64,000 bases of DNA from Candidatus Latescibacterota bacterium (GTDB taxonomy: Bacteria; Latescibacterota; UBA2968; UBA8231). Location: NCBI GenBank assembly GCA_965248265.1, contig CBDFJF010000001.1, positions 448,001-512,000 on the forward strand, given 5' to 3'. The number at the start of each line of letters is the position of its first letter. The first letter of the stretch is position 1. Below, piece after piece: positions 45,721-56,600 of this stretch. The position numbers and the translations under genes were made by a program. Under the pieces are notes generated by a model. That model was not told the DNA's origin. It made no database searches and saw only the letters and a list, made by a program, of their open reading frames with translations.

Positions 45721-48279
45721 TCAGAAAATGGGATATACCATCGGTTCACCCTCTTCCGTCAACACGCATCCTCCCATCACCTCAGCCAGACTGGCGCCGA
45801 ACGGCTTGTTGGTGCGTCCCAGGGAGTAGAGGTAACTCGACCCGACCTGTAGTTCACCCGAATCTTCTGCGGCGGCACGCTCTTTGGCCCGGGCGTGCAT
45901 CTGGCGGCGCTCGTTCTCGCGCAACTCGAACAGGTCGACGTAGCTGCCATCTTCAAAGTCTTCGATCACCAGTAACTTGCTCTCGACATTCACGCGCACG
46001 AACAAATTGGCCAACTCTGGATTTCCTGTCAGCATGTCCAACCCGATGACGGACAGGGCCACGCGCGGGTTGCGGTGGTGCCGCTCTCTGCGAGGCTCGA
46101 AGCGGGCGAACGCAGACAGATCCCTGCGAATCAACTGTTCCAGTTGCCTGATGACATCCGTGCTCTCGTGGACGGGATGCGCGAACGGCCAGACCGCGCG
46201 GAACAGGTAATCCCGTACCGCGTCAACGATTTCGCCAAGGCCGCTGGTTCGCAGGCACTCCTCCGGCAGTGCCCCCGCATCCGGCGCCGGTTCCAGGCCG
46301 TCGAACAGCAAGGGCGTGGAGGTCGTCGCTTCCTTGAGCGTGTCGACATCACTCAGCCGTTCTTCATCTGTGAGTGTCTGCAGGTACTCCGCGCTGCCCG
46401 AAACCAGGACTTCGACCAACCTCTTGATGGCAACCGCTGCAGAAAGGGTTGCGATGTCTTGGTCGGCCTTCTCGCGCGATGTTCCCATCTGAGTGCTGTC
46501 GGCGAGATGCGTGATGTTGCTGAGGATATCCTCGTAGCGCTCGGTAGCGGCTGCCACGCTGAACCCCTGGGGATCCTCGCGGATCATCAGCACGGCGCTG
46601 CGCAGGGCTTCGAGGCGAACGAGGCAGGCCGCCGCGTGATCGAGGACGCGGGGCAACGGGATCAATTGCCGGCTGTCGACCTCAAAAACCCTGCGAGAGG
46701 AGCTCACCGTATTGATGAAGCCGGTGGCTTCCAGTTCGAATCGCAGCACCTTCAGCCGCTTGTCTGGTGGGAGGTTCAGCAGACTCTTCAGGTGCTGGTG
46801 TTGGGCTACGAAACGGATGGAACGATAGGCATCACAAGCCCCGCTATCAGCCGTTGCCAGGGTTTCCGCCAAGTCGGCAGTCTCCTCGATATCGGCCTCG
46901 GGAGAATGGAACAGCGTCCACACTCGCTCGTCACGCCCTTCCAGGGCACCGAGCAGTTGGCCGATGTGGAAGACGATTTCGCCAAGGTCACTCGGTGCCA
47001 CCTGCACCGGTTGGAGAACGTCATAAGGCGAATCTGGCAATGGGGGCAGTCCATCGGATTCTTTTTCAGAGGATTCACCGTCGGTTTTGGTCCCATCGAT
47101 GTACGCCGCACTTGGTTTGGCACGCCGTTCGTCGCTTGACCCCTGCGACCCGGCCGATGGAGACTTCATGCCCCCGCCGGAACCTCCTCGAGGACCCGCG
47201 CTCCCTGCCGTTGAAGGCCTGCCGCCAGACGGCTTACCCAGAAGGGGATTCGCTGATCTGGAAGGGCCCCTCTGACGCGCTCTTGAAGCGTTGCCTCCTC
47301 CTCCTCCGGTTGCCAGTTGCCGCGCCTCCTCAACGGAGGGGATGCGGGCAGCCAGGGGGTCGAACTCGACAATCGCGCGCTCCCTGGCCTCAGGTGACTC
47401 CGCTGTATCCTCATCACCCGACGCCTCCGGATCGTAAATCGCAGACAGAGTCAGTCTGAAGTGATCGAGGAACAGATCGAGTTCGTCCTCCTCGTCATCC
47501 TCCTCGTCCTCTTCACCCTCGTCCCCTTCGTCCCCTTCGTCCTCGTCCCCAAACTCAACGTCGTCGGCCGGCTCCGGCTCTTCGACAAACTCCGAGTCTT
47601 CCGTCGAATCCTCCTCTACCTCCTCTTCGTCATCATCGTCAGCGGAAGTGGTCGATTCCTCCTCGACTTCGGTGTCGACGGAGTGTTCCTGTACTACGGA
47701 ATCAAAGTCACTGAGGGCCTGCAGAAAGTCGACGATCTCCGCGATAGGCTCGGCCTGCGCGACCATCGAGCATAGGGCCTTGCGAGATGCCCGTCCTTCG
47801 CTCAACAGTCGGGCCAATCGGGTGAAGCTGACATTCTCTCCAGGCAGCACCTTCGTCAGCAATGCAGTCGTACACAGCTCGACTATCGTATGACGGACAC
47901 ACTCGCGCGACGAAATCGAAGCCGGCGGTGAGCTGGCGACGTAACGATACAATTGCAGCACAGCGGTCCGGTACTTGCCGCCCGTGATCGACTCATCCTG
48001 GAGTGAACCCAACAGGGCATTGGTGTGCAGGACGGGGGCGAGCTCTTCCTTGAACTCCTCCAGGTCGAGGTCAGGGCGCGTGGCGCGCATCTGCAGGATG
48101 TAGGCGATGTCCGGGATGCTGCGCGACGCCACCATCATCGGAAAGCAAATGACATCCCATATCTCTGCGACTTCCCCGATATCCAGTCCGAGAACGTCAC
48201 ACCATTCCTTCCACTGAGTTACAGGAATGCGACTCTGCGCCTGGATGCGAGTCAATCCTTCGGCGTCCACTGTCGGCAT
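45721..48279 (-). CDS. Large hypothetical protein with D/E-rich and G/S-rich linkers
   Basis: 852-aa open frame with helical domains separated by low-complexity tracts. Confidence 0.65.
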   Translation of the reverse strand: MPTVDAEGLTRIQAQSRIPVTQWKEWCDVLGLDIGEVAEIWDVICFPMMVASRSIPDIAYILQMRATRPDLDLEEFKEELAPVLHTNALLGSLQDESITGGKYRTAVLQLYRYVASSPPASISSRECVRHTIVELCTTALLTKVLPGENVSFTRLARLLSEGRASRKALCSMVAQAEPIAEIVDFLQALSDFDSVVQEHSVDTEVEEESTTSADDDDEEEVEEDSTEDSEFVEEPEPADDVEFGDEDEGDEGDEGEEDEEDDEEDELDLFLDHFRLTLSAIYDPEASGDEDTAESPEARERAIVEFDPLAARIPSVEEARQLATGGGGGNASRARQRGPSRSANPLLGKPSGGRPSTAGSAGPRGGSGGGMKSPSAGSQGSSDERRAKPSAAYIDGTKTDGESSEKESDGLPPLPDSPYDVLQPVQVAPSDLGEIVFHIGQLLGALEGRDERVWTLFHSPEADIEETADLAETLATADSGACDAYRSIRFVAQHQHLKSLLNLPPDKRLKVLRFELEATGFINTVSSSRRVFEVDSRQLIPLPRVLDHAAACLVRLEALRSAVLMIREDPQGFSVAAATERYEDILSNITHLADSTQMGTSREKADQDIATLSAAVAIKRLVEVLVSGSAEYLQTLTDEERLSDVDTLKEATTSTPLLFDGLEPAPDAGALPEECLRTSGLGEIVDAVRDYLFRAVWPFAHPVHESTDVIRQLEQLIRRDLSAFARFEPRRERHHRNPRVALSVIGLDMLTGNPELANLFVRVNVESKLLVIEDFEDGSYVDLFELRENERRQMHARAKERAAAEDSGELQVGSSYLYSLGRTNKPFGASLAEVMGGCVLTEEGEPMVYPIF

Positions 48280-48393
48280 ACTGGTTACGGTCTAGGGAGC
48301 TGGTTGATGGCGGAGAACAGCCGCTGTGAGGGGGAGACGGCAGCTTTCTGCAATAATATGACAGCTCTTCGGCAGCGTAAAACATGAGCCAGG

Positions 48394-49596
48394 TCACGGT
48401 GGCGCTTCAGGACCGACGTCTTCGGGATGACGCATCCGAAAGCTTTGCAACACCCGGTGGAACCCCATGTCGTGCAGTGGGTTGCCCGGCATCGCGAACA
48501 AGTGGGTGGGGCAGGAACAATCCGAGGAGCCGAAGTCGCTGCAGGGTGTCGTTGAGATCGGTTCGAGTGCTCGAGCCAGGTCGCACTCAATACGCGTGGA
48601 CGAGCGAATGGGCAGCGTGATCACCTCGGAGGCTGCAGCGCGCAGGTAATCGACGTGCCAATGACAGCGTTTGCGGAGCCGTCGGTGCCGCGCCAGTCGT
48701 GACGACAGATTAGCCATGGCCGAACCGACGTACAGATAATACCCCTTCGGGAACACCCTTGTTCCGAGCGCGCCAACGTCAAGATGGCGCTGGCGTTGCA
48801 GTCGCATGAGCAGGAGATATCCACCGCGGTCTTCTCCGGCCTCGCGACGCAGGTAAGCCCACGGGATTTTCAGCATTCTGACCGGTTTGGCCAGCGAAAG
48901 GTCCCGGTTCCACTCGATGGCCGCCGGCAGGATTCGTACCCCGCGATCGTGGGCGGCGATCAAGGTCTGACTGAAGGCCAGGTCCGTGTGGAAATCCGGC
49001 ATGAACCAGCGCGCATCCGGGGCGTGCACGACGAAGAGGACGGCCACGTCCATCCCGGACTGTCGCAATGCCATCAGTTCGGTGAGGTGTTTGCGGCCTC
49101 TCTCAGTCACAGCATCCGGAAACATGGCGACCCCGTTGCCGAACAAGGTTGTCGACTTGACCTCCAGCATCAGGTCGACATCGTGGTTGCGCAACAGGAA
49201 ATCGAAACGGCTGCGGCCGACGGTAACCTCGCTCTTGAGCACGCGGGCGTCTTTGAGCGCCGGGATGCCACCGCTGTCGATCAGATGTCTGGCCAGGGCG
49301 TTGGCATGCTGTGTATGCAAGACGATGGGCGCACCATCGCGCTCCACTGCGAGTACCGTATAGCTGGTCCGCCGCATGGCGCGCTGCCCGGACCCCCGGC
49401 GCGGTTGATGTTGAATCGACAGGAGGACGCCGGGCAGCAGCAATTCCCACATCCGCCCCGGATTGGGCATGAAAGCTCGAACGAGCTTTCCGTCATCCTC
49501 TCGTCGGCATCGAACCAGGAACTGGTTGGGACGGTCGACGAAACGGGCGTTGATAATCTCTGCGGCGGCGCAGAGTCTGAAAGCTGGCACGTTCAC
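48394..49596 (-). CDS. sfsA: SfsA nuclease fused to GIY-YIG (DUF123-like) domain
   Basis: RPNQF, MPNPGRM, SRFDFLL, EVKS, FPDAVTERGRKHL; C-terminal GGYLL...YLYVGSA, HWHVDYL, EC, FGSSDCSCPTHL. Confidence 0.85.
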   Translation of the reverse strand: MNVPAFRLCAAAEIINARFVDRPNQFLVRCRREDDGKLVRAFMPNPGRMWELLLPGVLLSIQHQPRRGSGQRAMRRTSYTVLAVERDGAPIVLHTQHANALARHLIDSGGIPALKDARVLKSEVTVGRSRFDFLLRNHDVDLMLEVKSTTLFGNGVAMFPDAVTERGRKHLTELMALRQSGMDVAVLFVVHAPDARWFMPDFHTDLAFSQTLIAAHDRGVRILPAAIEWNRDLSLAKPVRMLKIPWAYLRREAGEDRGGYLLLMRLQRQRHLDVGALGTRVFPKGYYLYVGSAMANLSSRLARHRRLRKRCHWHVDYLRAAASEVITLPIRSSTRIECDLARALEPISTTPCSDFGSSDCSCPTHLFAMPGNPLHDMGFHRVLQSFRMRHPEDVGPEAPP

Positions 49597-49658
49597 GAAT
49601 AAGTATCTAACGTACCCGTCTCTCCCACGCGAATAGCGCACGAAAGGACTGCACGGAA

Positions 49659-50408
49659 ATGGCAAAACCGGAATTCGGATACGACGATACGCCAGCCCTG
49701 CCTGGCTCAAAGTGGCGCGTACATGACGGCCGCCGTCCGCAACCTCGGATCGTGACTCCGGGCAGTCCGGACGGAACGCAACACTTCGGCACGGCCCCGT
49801 CGGATGCCACGGTCCTTTTCGATGGCAGCGATCTGAGCAAATGGAAAAGCACCAAAGAGGGCGATGCCCAGTGGAAAATCAAAGACGGCTACGTCGAAGC
49901 AACGCGGACAGGCGACATCGAGACCCGCGAGCACTTCGGCGATTGTCAGCTCCACGTCGAATGGGCTGCGCCGGCCGAGGTAAAAGGGGAGAGTCAGGGC
50001 CGCGGCAACAGCGGCGTGTTTCTGATGGGGCTGTACGAGATCCAGGTGCTGGATGGCTACGACAATCCTACTTACGCCGACGGCATCACCGGTGCCATCT
50101 ACGGCCAGTTTCCGCCGCTCGTCAACGCCTGCCGTCCGCCGGGGGAGTGGCAAGTGTACGACGTCATCTTCGAGGCTCCCAAGTGGGTCGGCAAACGATT
50201 CCACCAGGCGGCCACACTGACCTTGCTTCACAACGGCGTGCTAGCCCATCACTGTCGACCCGCTCTCGGGCCCACTGACCACAAGGTATCGCCTTCGTAC
50301 CGTGAGACCTGGGAGGAGAGTGGTCCGCTGAGGCTGCAGGATCACGGCGACGACGTGCGCTATCGCAACATCTGGATTCGCCCGCTCACCGGCTACGACG
50401 CCGCCTAG
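49659..50408 (+). CDS. DUF1080 / 3-keto-disaccharide hydrolase family
   Basis: LFDGSDL, LHVEW, GNSGVF, YEIQVLD, GEWQ, LQDHG...RNIWIR. Confidence 0.9.
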   Translation: MAKPEFGYDDTPALPGSKWRVHDGRRPQPRIVTPGSPDGTQHFGTAPSDATVLFDGSDLSKWKSTKEGDAQWKIKDGYVEATRTGDIETREHFGDCQLHVEWAAPAEVKGESQGRGNSGVFLMGLYEIQVLDGYDNPTYADGITGAIYGQFPPLVNACRPPGEWQVYDVIFEAPKWVGKRFHQAATLTLLHNGVLAHHCRPALGPTDHKVSPSYRETWEESGPLRLQDHGDDVRYRNIWIRPLTGYDAA

Positions 50409-50409
50409 C

Positions 50410-50994
50410 TCAAGGTCCAGCCAGGCGCGTCAGTACCTGTTCGACGAAGCGATACGTAATCCCCCACAGCAGTGGCTTCTCTGGACCCAGGGAGAGCGCG
50501 GGAAAGCGCCGCCCTTCGACAGTGAGGTGGGTCCGCCTGTTGATCTCAGACAAGCGTAAGAGCGGTACCCAGAAGCAATCCTCGACCTCCTCACTGAGCC
50601 GGGGTTGATGCCGCGGCGCCGAATAGGCGAAGCCGGAGACAACCAAGGGGCTGATGGTGGTCTGCAGGTCGTCCAGCTGTCCGAGATAGTCGGCTCCTGT
50701 CAGATCCATGCCGATCTCCTCTCGTGTCTCCCGCTGTGCCGTCGCGCGCAGGTCGCGATCACCCTTGTCTTGCTTGCCCCCGGGAAAAGCGATGTGGCCG
50801 GACCACGGATCGTGCGGGTACTCGGCACGCCGGATGAACAGCAGTTGCGGCTCGGGCGGCTGGAATACGACGGCGACGGCGGCCTTGACGTCACTCGACA
50901 AAAGTAGCGGCGGGCGCTGTCGCAGTGCTGCCCGAAGCCTCCCAAGGGGAGGTGTTTCGGCGTCTTTGGCGGAAGGCGGCATTTGCCAAATCAA
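50410..50994 (-). CDS. Nudix hydrolase, CoA pyrophosphatase type
   Basis: WSGHIAFPGG...TAQRETREEIG, LWGIT. Confidence 0.9.
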   Translation of the reverse strand: MIWQMPPSAKDAETPPLGRLRAALRQRPPLLLSSDVKAAVAVVFQPPEPQLLFIRRAEYPHDPWSGHIAFPGGKQDKGDRDLRATAQRETREEIGMDLTGADYLGQLDDLQTTISPLVVSGFAYSAPRHQPRLSEEVEDCFWVPLLRLSEINRRTHLTVEGRRFPALSLGPEKPLLWGITYRFVEQVLTRLAGP

Positions 50995-51096
50995 AGGAGA
51001 TCCTTAGCTTGACGCACGGTACCATGCGGATTCACCCGAAGTGAACGGCAAGGCGCAACCCTGACGCGCCACGCGGTCCCACAACGCCAGGAAATC

Positions 51097-52416
51097 ATGG
51101 CTGAAGAGCCGACCGAGCAAGATTACGCCCTCATTATTCAGCAGCCGGGGAAAGCCGAACAGACCCTGGCCAAGTTTGTCAAGCTGTTACTGAGCTACCA
51201 GTACGGCCTCAACACGGAAATCGTCTCCGACTTCACCAAGGTGCGTTCGGTTCTGCGGCAGGGAGCCGATCGCATGCGTTGTTCCTTCGTCATTCAGAGC
51301 AAGGCCGTCAGTGCCCGCAGCACCGTACCGGTGCTCACCGACAAGGGCAGGATTCCGATCTTCCTGGTTCTGCCCGGGTACGTGGCCAACGAGCAGAAGG
51401 AGGACTGCGAAGAGATGGAGAATGTCTTCATCTCGCCGTGGGAGATGTCGTTCACGACCGGAGCCGGTTCGCTGCAGTCCGTCATCGCCATGGCTCTCAA
51501 GCAAGAAGAGGATGCGTTCGGGGACGGCGAATCCGACGAGTTCGAGGACCGCGTCCGCAAGCGGCTCGACAACCTGGACACGCTGCCGACGTTGCCAGCC
51601 ATTGTTACCCATATCATGCGCCTCATCAACGATCCGAAAACGACCATGGCGGAGTTGGAGGAGCTGCTTTCCTCCGATCCCTCCATCGTTCTCAAGGTCG
51701 TACAGATTGCCAACTCGGCCGTGTTCGCCGGCACCACCACCAACCGGCGCTGGAGCCTCAACGAGGCGATCGTTCGCCTCGGTTTGCGCAAAGTCGGCGC
51801 CATCGCCCAGCAGATTGCCCTTATCAACAGCTTCGTCCGTCCCGACGACAGCGATTTCGAGTTGCAGCGCTTCTGGGAGCACTCCGTGGCTTGCGCCATC
51901 ATGGCTGACAAACTCTGCGAAGGCGGGCATATCACCCTTGCCGACGAGGTGCAATTCAACGACTACTGGATCTGCGCTCTGTTGCACGACAGCGGCAAAC
52001 TGGTACAGGGGTTCTTCTTCTGGGACTGGTTCGAGCGCATCCTGCGCACGATGGAGAGCGAGGAATGCACCTACGCTGAGGCCGAAACCGAACTCATGGG
52101 TGGCATGGTCAGCCACGAGTTCATGGGTGAGCTGCTGCTGCGCAAGGCCAACATGCCCAACTCGCTGGTGCGGGCGATCGGCCTGCATCACGTCACCAGC
52201 GAAACCCCCGGGACCCTGGTCTCCATCATCCACGTCGCCAACGGACTGGTGAAGGAACTCGGTCTGGGGTACGCCGAAAACGAGGCCAGCGAATACACTC
52301 GACATGCCCTCGACTGTCTGAAGATCGGCAGGCCCGACTTGAGCCGGCTCAAGGACGAACTCGGGCCCACGGTACAATCAGAAGTCACGGCACTCGTGAA
52401 GCAATGCATGAGCTGA
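51097..52416 (+). CDS. HDOD domain signal-transduction protein
   Basis: LPTLP, DPSI...IANS, AIVRLG, FWEHS, LLHDSGK, HH. Confidence 0.9.
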   Translation: MAEEPTEQDYALIIQQPGKAEQTLAKFVKLLLSYQYGLNTEIVSDFTKVRSVLRQGADRMRCSFVIQSKAVSARSTVPVLTDKGRIPIFLVLPGYVANEQKEDCEEMENVFISPWEMSFTTGAGSLQSVIAMALKQEEDAFGDGESDEFEDRVRKRLDNLDTLPTLPAIVTHIMRLINDPKTTMAELEELLSSDPSIVLKVVQIANSAVFAGTTTNRRWSLNEAIVRLGLRKVGAIAQQIALINSFVRPDDSDFELQRFWEHSVACAIMADKLCEGGHITLADEVQFNDYWICALLHDSGKLVQGFFFWDWFERILRTMESEECTYAEAETELMGGMVSHEFMGELLLRKANMPNSLVRAIGLHHVTSETPGTLVSIIHVANGLVKELGLGYAENEASEYTRHALDCLKIGRPDLSRLKDELGPTVQSEVTALVKQCMS

Positions 52417-52465
52417 CGTACTTCATCTGGTCCACGATCCTAAGACGAGCCAGCAGAGGAGAAGG

Positions 52466-53461
52466 ATGAGCAAGAAGGTTTTGCTGTCTCCGATCATGGA
52501 GAACCCGGATTACGACTCCTCGGACCGGCGCGCAGCCCTGGCGAAGCTCGGGCAGATCGCCGAACTGGAACCGTACCCGCGTGGCCAGGAAATGAAAACG
52601 GAACAGGCCGAGGGTGTCGTCGGTGTCATCGCCGACTCCTCACCGTTCCATGACAGCTTTTACCGAGACGGCAAGGACCTGCGTTTGGTGACCCGTTGGG
52701 GCGTGGGCTTCGACAAGGTCAACGTCGAGGCGGCCACGGAACTGGGTGTCGTGATCTGCGTAGCCCCCGTGCACATGGACACGGTCGCCGAGTACACGAT
52801 CACGCAATGGCTGGCGACACTCAAGCGCGTCTACACGCTCAATCATCTGTCACATGGTGGCGATTTCTCCATCATCCGCACCTTCGACGCCCAGGCCACG
52901 ACGCTGGGTCTGTACGGGTTCGGCCGTATCGGTCAGCAGACCGCGCTGCGGGCGAAACCGCTGCTGGGGGAGGGTTCTGGGAAGCTGCTCGTCTACGACA
53001 TCCGACCCGACATCAACGAAGTGGCGGCTCAGTTCGGCGCTGAGGCCGTCGATGATCCCATGTGTCTGTTTGAGTGCTGCGACACCGTATCTCTCCACGT
53101 GGCTGGCGATGACCCGATCGTCTCCTACGAACATCTGTGCGCGATGAAGCCGCACGCCTCGTTGATCAACCCATCACGCGGCAATCTCGTCGACGACGAG
53201 GCCGTCAACCGGGCCATCCGCGAAGAAAAGCTCTACTACTACGTCGTCGACGACCCCGTGAACGGCCCCCGCGCCATCCACAAAGACCACCCGCGCATCA
53301 TCTGCACCAATCACAACGGTGGCATTACCCAGGAATCCGTCGTGCGCCTCGACCTGCAGACGATTGACCAGGTGACTGATGCCATCAACGGCCGAGAGCC
53401 CGCCCACATCCTGAACCGCGACGTGCTCAATCACTCGCGGGTACGGGCGTGGCTGAAGTAA
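52466..53461 (+). CDS. D-2-hydroxyacid dehydrogenase-like protein (divergent)
   Basis: RWGVGFD, GLYGFGRIG, NPSRG, TNHNGG. Confidence 0.8.
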   Translation: MSKKVLLSPIMENPDYDSSDRRAALAKLGQIAELEPYPRGQEMKTEQAEGVVGVIADSSPFHDSFYRDGKDLRLVTRWGVGFDKVNVEAATELGVVICVAPVHMDTVAEYTITQWLATLKRVYTLNHLSHGGDFSIIRTFDAQATTLGLYGFGRIGQQTALRAKPLLGEGSGKLLVYDIRPDINEVAAQFGAEAVDDPMCLFECCDTVSLHVAGDDPIVSYEHLCAMKPHASLINPSRGNLVDDEAVNRAIREEKLYYYVVDDPVNGPRAIHKDHPRIICTNHNGGITQESVVRLDLQTIDQVTDAINGREPAHILNRDVLNHSRVRAWLK

Positions 53462-53533
53462 TATCCGGTCTGGAAATTTTTGTAACTCAATAAATTACAA
53501 CTACTAAAGAGAAATATCAGGAGGCGCGAGCAA

Positions 53534-53577
53534 CGTGTCATTCTGTTGTTGACACGGCTGCGCCCGGCATCTATAGT
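53534..53577 (+). promoter_or_regulatory. Sigma70 promoter of dnaE2 with palindrome over the -35
   Basis: TTGACA (53549)-N17-TATAGT (53572); CGTGTCA-N9-TGACACG at 53534-53556. Confidence 0.6.
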
Positions 53578-53647
53578 ATACAAATGAGCACTTATCGAAC
53601 ACTGATTGAGAGTCACTGACCGACCATTCCTCCCCCGAGCCACGCCA

Positions 53648-56600
53648 ATGTCCGGATACGTTCCCCTGCACTGCCATTCATCCTTTTCATTCCATGCGGG
53701 CGTGCCCTCGGTGAGCGAGCTGGTCGCCCGCTGCAAGGAGCTCGGCATGACGGCGGCGGCGCTCACAGACACCGACCGGGTCAGCGGCCTCATCCTGTTC
53801 TACACGGAGTGCCTGCGGCAGGGGGTCAAACCGATTCTCGGAGTCGAACTGACGGACCCCGGTCCCAGCGCCCAGCGGGTTGACGGGGCCGGCGTGACGG
53901 CCAGGCCGCGCGTCTTGGTGCTGGCTCGCAACGCGGACGGCTACGGAGACCTGTGCCAGCTGACGACGCGCCGCCACCTTGAGGCCGCGCGTTTCCGCCT
54001 CTCAGAAGAACTGGCGAGGCCCCTGCCCAACCTCATTCTGATCACGGCCGACCCATCGATGCTGGGAACGCTGGCCGGCGGGGCGAATCGAGAACGGCTA
54101 TTCGGCGAGCTGATTCACCACTGCGAGCGGACACGGCGCCGCAGCGCGCAGCTACAGGTCACGGCGCGCGCGCTTGGAGTGCCGCTGGTAGCTTCCAACG
54201 ACGCTTTTTTTATTCAGCGAGAGGACTGGGAGACTCACCGCATTTTGACGGCCATCGGTCTCAATTCCACCCTGTCCCGCTTGCAGCCAGAGGAGCTGGC
54301 CTCGGAACGGGCTTTTGTGTGCGGGGTCAGCGAGATGAAAAGCGCCTTCGACGCCCAGCCCGAGGCCGTGGCGAACACGCTCCATGTGGCCGGATTGTGC
54401 AACGTCGAACTCGATCTCGGGCACTGGATCATGCCACGCGTTTCCGTGCCGGCCGGGCATTCCCCGGAGTCGTACCTGGCGGCGCTGGCCGCCGATGGAC
54501 TGGAGTCGAACTACGGCTCGTCCGAGGTGGCCACGAAGGCGCGGGCCATGGCCATCCAGCAGATGGAGCTTGAGGTGATAACCAAGCTCGGATACCCATC
54601 CTACTTCCTGATGGTGAAGGAGATTCGCGACTGGGCCAATCATCGCTTCAGCCACCGCTATCGCCGACCGCAGGATTGCACGATTCTGCGCGGCAGCGCG
54701 GCGAACTCGATCACGTTCTACAACATCGGCGTCAGCGACCTGGACCCGATTCGCTACGATCTCTACTTCGAGAGGTTTCTCAACGAGGAGCGCGCGTCGC
54801 CGCCGGATGCCGACCTCGACTTCGGCTGGGACGAGCGCGATCAGGCCCTGGAATTCATGGTCGAGCGCTGGGGAGAGGACCGTGTCGCCGTCACCTGCAC
54901 GACCAACCATTTCCGCGAGCGCGCCGCCTTTCGCGAGACCGCCAAGGTCTTCGGCTACACCGATGAGGATGTGAGCCAGATCCTGGCAAGTTATCGCACC
55001 CGCTCCAAGCGCATCGAGGACGCCCAGATCGACCGTATCTGGGAGCTGGCCGATCAGATTCGCGGCAAGCCCCGATTCCTGGGCCAGCATCCCGGCGGTG
55101 TTCTGGTGACGAACGATCCCATCAGCCGCCACGTCGCATGCGAGTGCTCCGGCGGTGAGAAAAATCGCACCATCACGCAAATCGACATGCACAATGGCAT
55201 AGATGAGCTGGGCTTGATCAAGTTCGACATCCTCGGCAACGGCTCGCTCTCGGTGCTGCGTGACAGCCTCGACCAGCTCGCCGAGCAGGACATCGCCGAC
55301 CCCAACGTCTGGGATCTGGACAAGTGTTACGGCGACGCGGCGGTCAAGGATGTGATCCGAAGGGGCCGCACCAAGGGGATCTTCTACATCGAGAGTCCCG
55401 CTCAGCGGCGCCTCAACCAGAAGTCACTGGCAGAGACCTTCGAGGAGATCACCATTACTTCGAGTCTGGTCCGTCCCGCCGGCTCGCAGTACACGCAACT
55501 GTTCGTCGAGCGTGAACGCAAAAGGAAACAGGGCGTGCGTGACTGGGATTTCGTCCATCCCTCGTTGGAGCCGATTCTGTCGCAGACCCACGACGTGTGC
55601 GCTTTCCAGGAGGACGTGACCAGGATCTGCCATGAAGTTGCCGGGCTCAGTTTCAAGCAGGCCGACAAGATTCGCAAGATGATGAACAGCCACCACGAGG
55701 GCGCTCCGACGGACGAGGTGTGGGCGGATACCGCGCGTGCCTTTCTGGGTGGCTGTATCAGTCACACCGGATTGAATCCGGAGCAGGCCGCCGAGTTGTG
55801 GGAGCGCGTCAGTTCGTTCACCGGTTTCAGCTTCTGCAAGTCCCACAGTGCCACCTACGCGCAGTTGTCCTTTCAATGCACTTATCTCAAGGCGCATTAT
55901 CCGGCACAGTTCCTGGCAGCCGTGATCAGTAATGGTCACGGATTCTACCGGCGCGACGTTTACCTCAACGAGGCCAGGCGCTGGGGGATCACGGTCCTCC
56001 CGCTGGACGTCAACGAATCCGCGGCGCGCTATCGCGGTCGCGGTCGCTACATGCGTCCCGGTCTCATGCACGTGCGCGGCTTGAGGAGCAGCATCCTGAA
56101 CCGCCTCGTCGACGAGCGCGTCGCCAACGGGCCTTTTGCTGGCCTGAGCGATTTCTGTCAGCGTCTGCGACCGCGCAAGGGAGCTGACGGCATTCACCGG
56201 GCCGAGGTCGAGCGACTCATCCTGGTTGGCGCCTTCGATCGGTTCGATTTGACCCAACCGCAGTCTCTCTATCTACTCGACGAACTGATAGGCCACCGTG
56301 ACGACGGCATGGATCTGTTTTCCGCCGCTGGCAGCGGGGCCGTCCCGAGCTACGTCCCCATCGAATCCGTCGACTACAGTCTGGCCGAGCGCTGCCTGCG
56401 TGAACTCGAGCTTCTCGGGTACATGCTGTCGGGAGACATTCTCGAGATCCTTCGACTACACCCCGGGGCGCGTGACACGGTCGCCGCCCGCGACCTCGGA
56501 GACTACGCCGGCAAGGGCAGGGTCAAACTCTTCGGACGCCAGGTCACCGAGCGCATGCACCGCGTGCAGCGCAGCGGGGATCCGATGATGTTCCTGACCA

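Noticed and set aside
53585-53602. Alphaproteobacterial-type LexA box (GAGC-N7-GAAC)
   Set aside because: One mismatch in an 8-bp motif is not significant, and the lineage's LexA motif is unknown.
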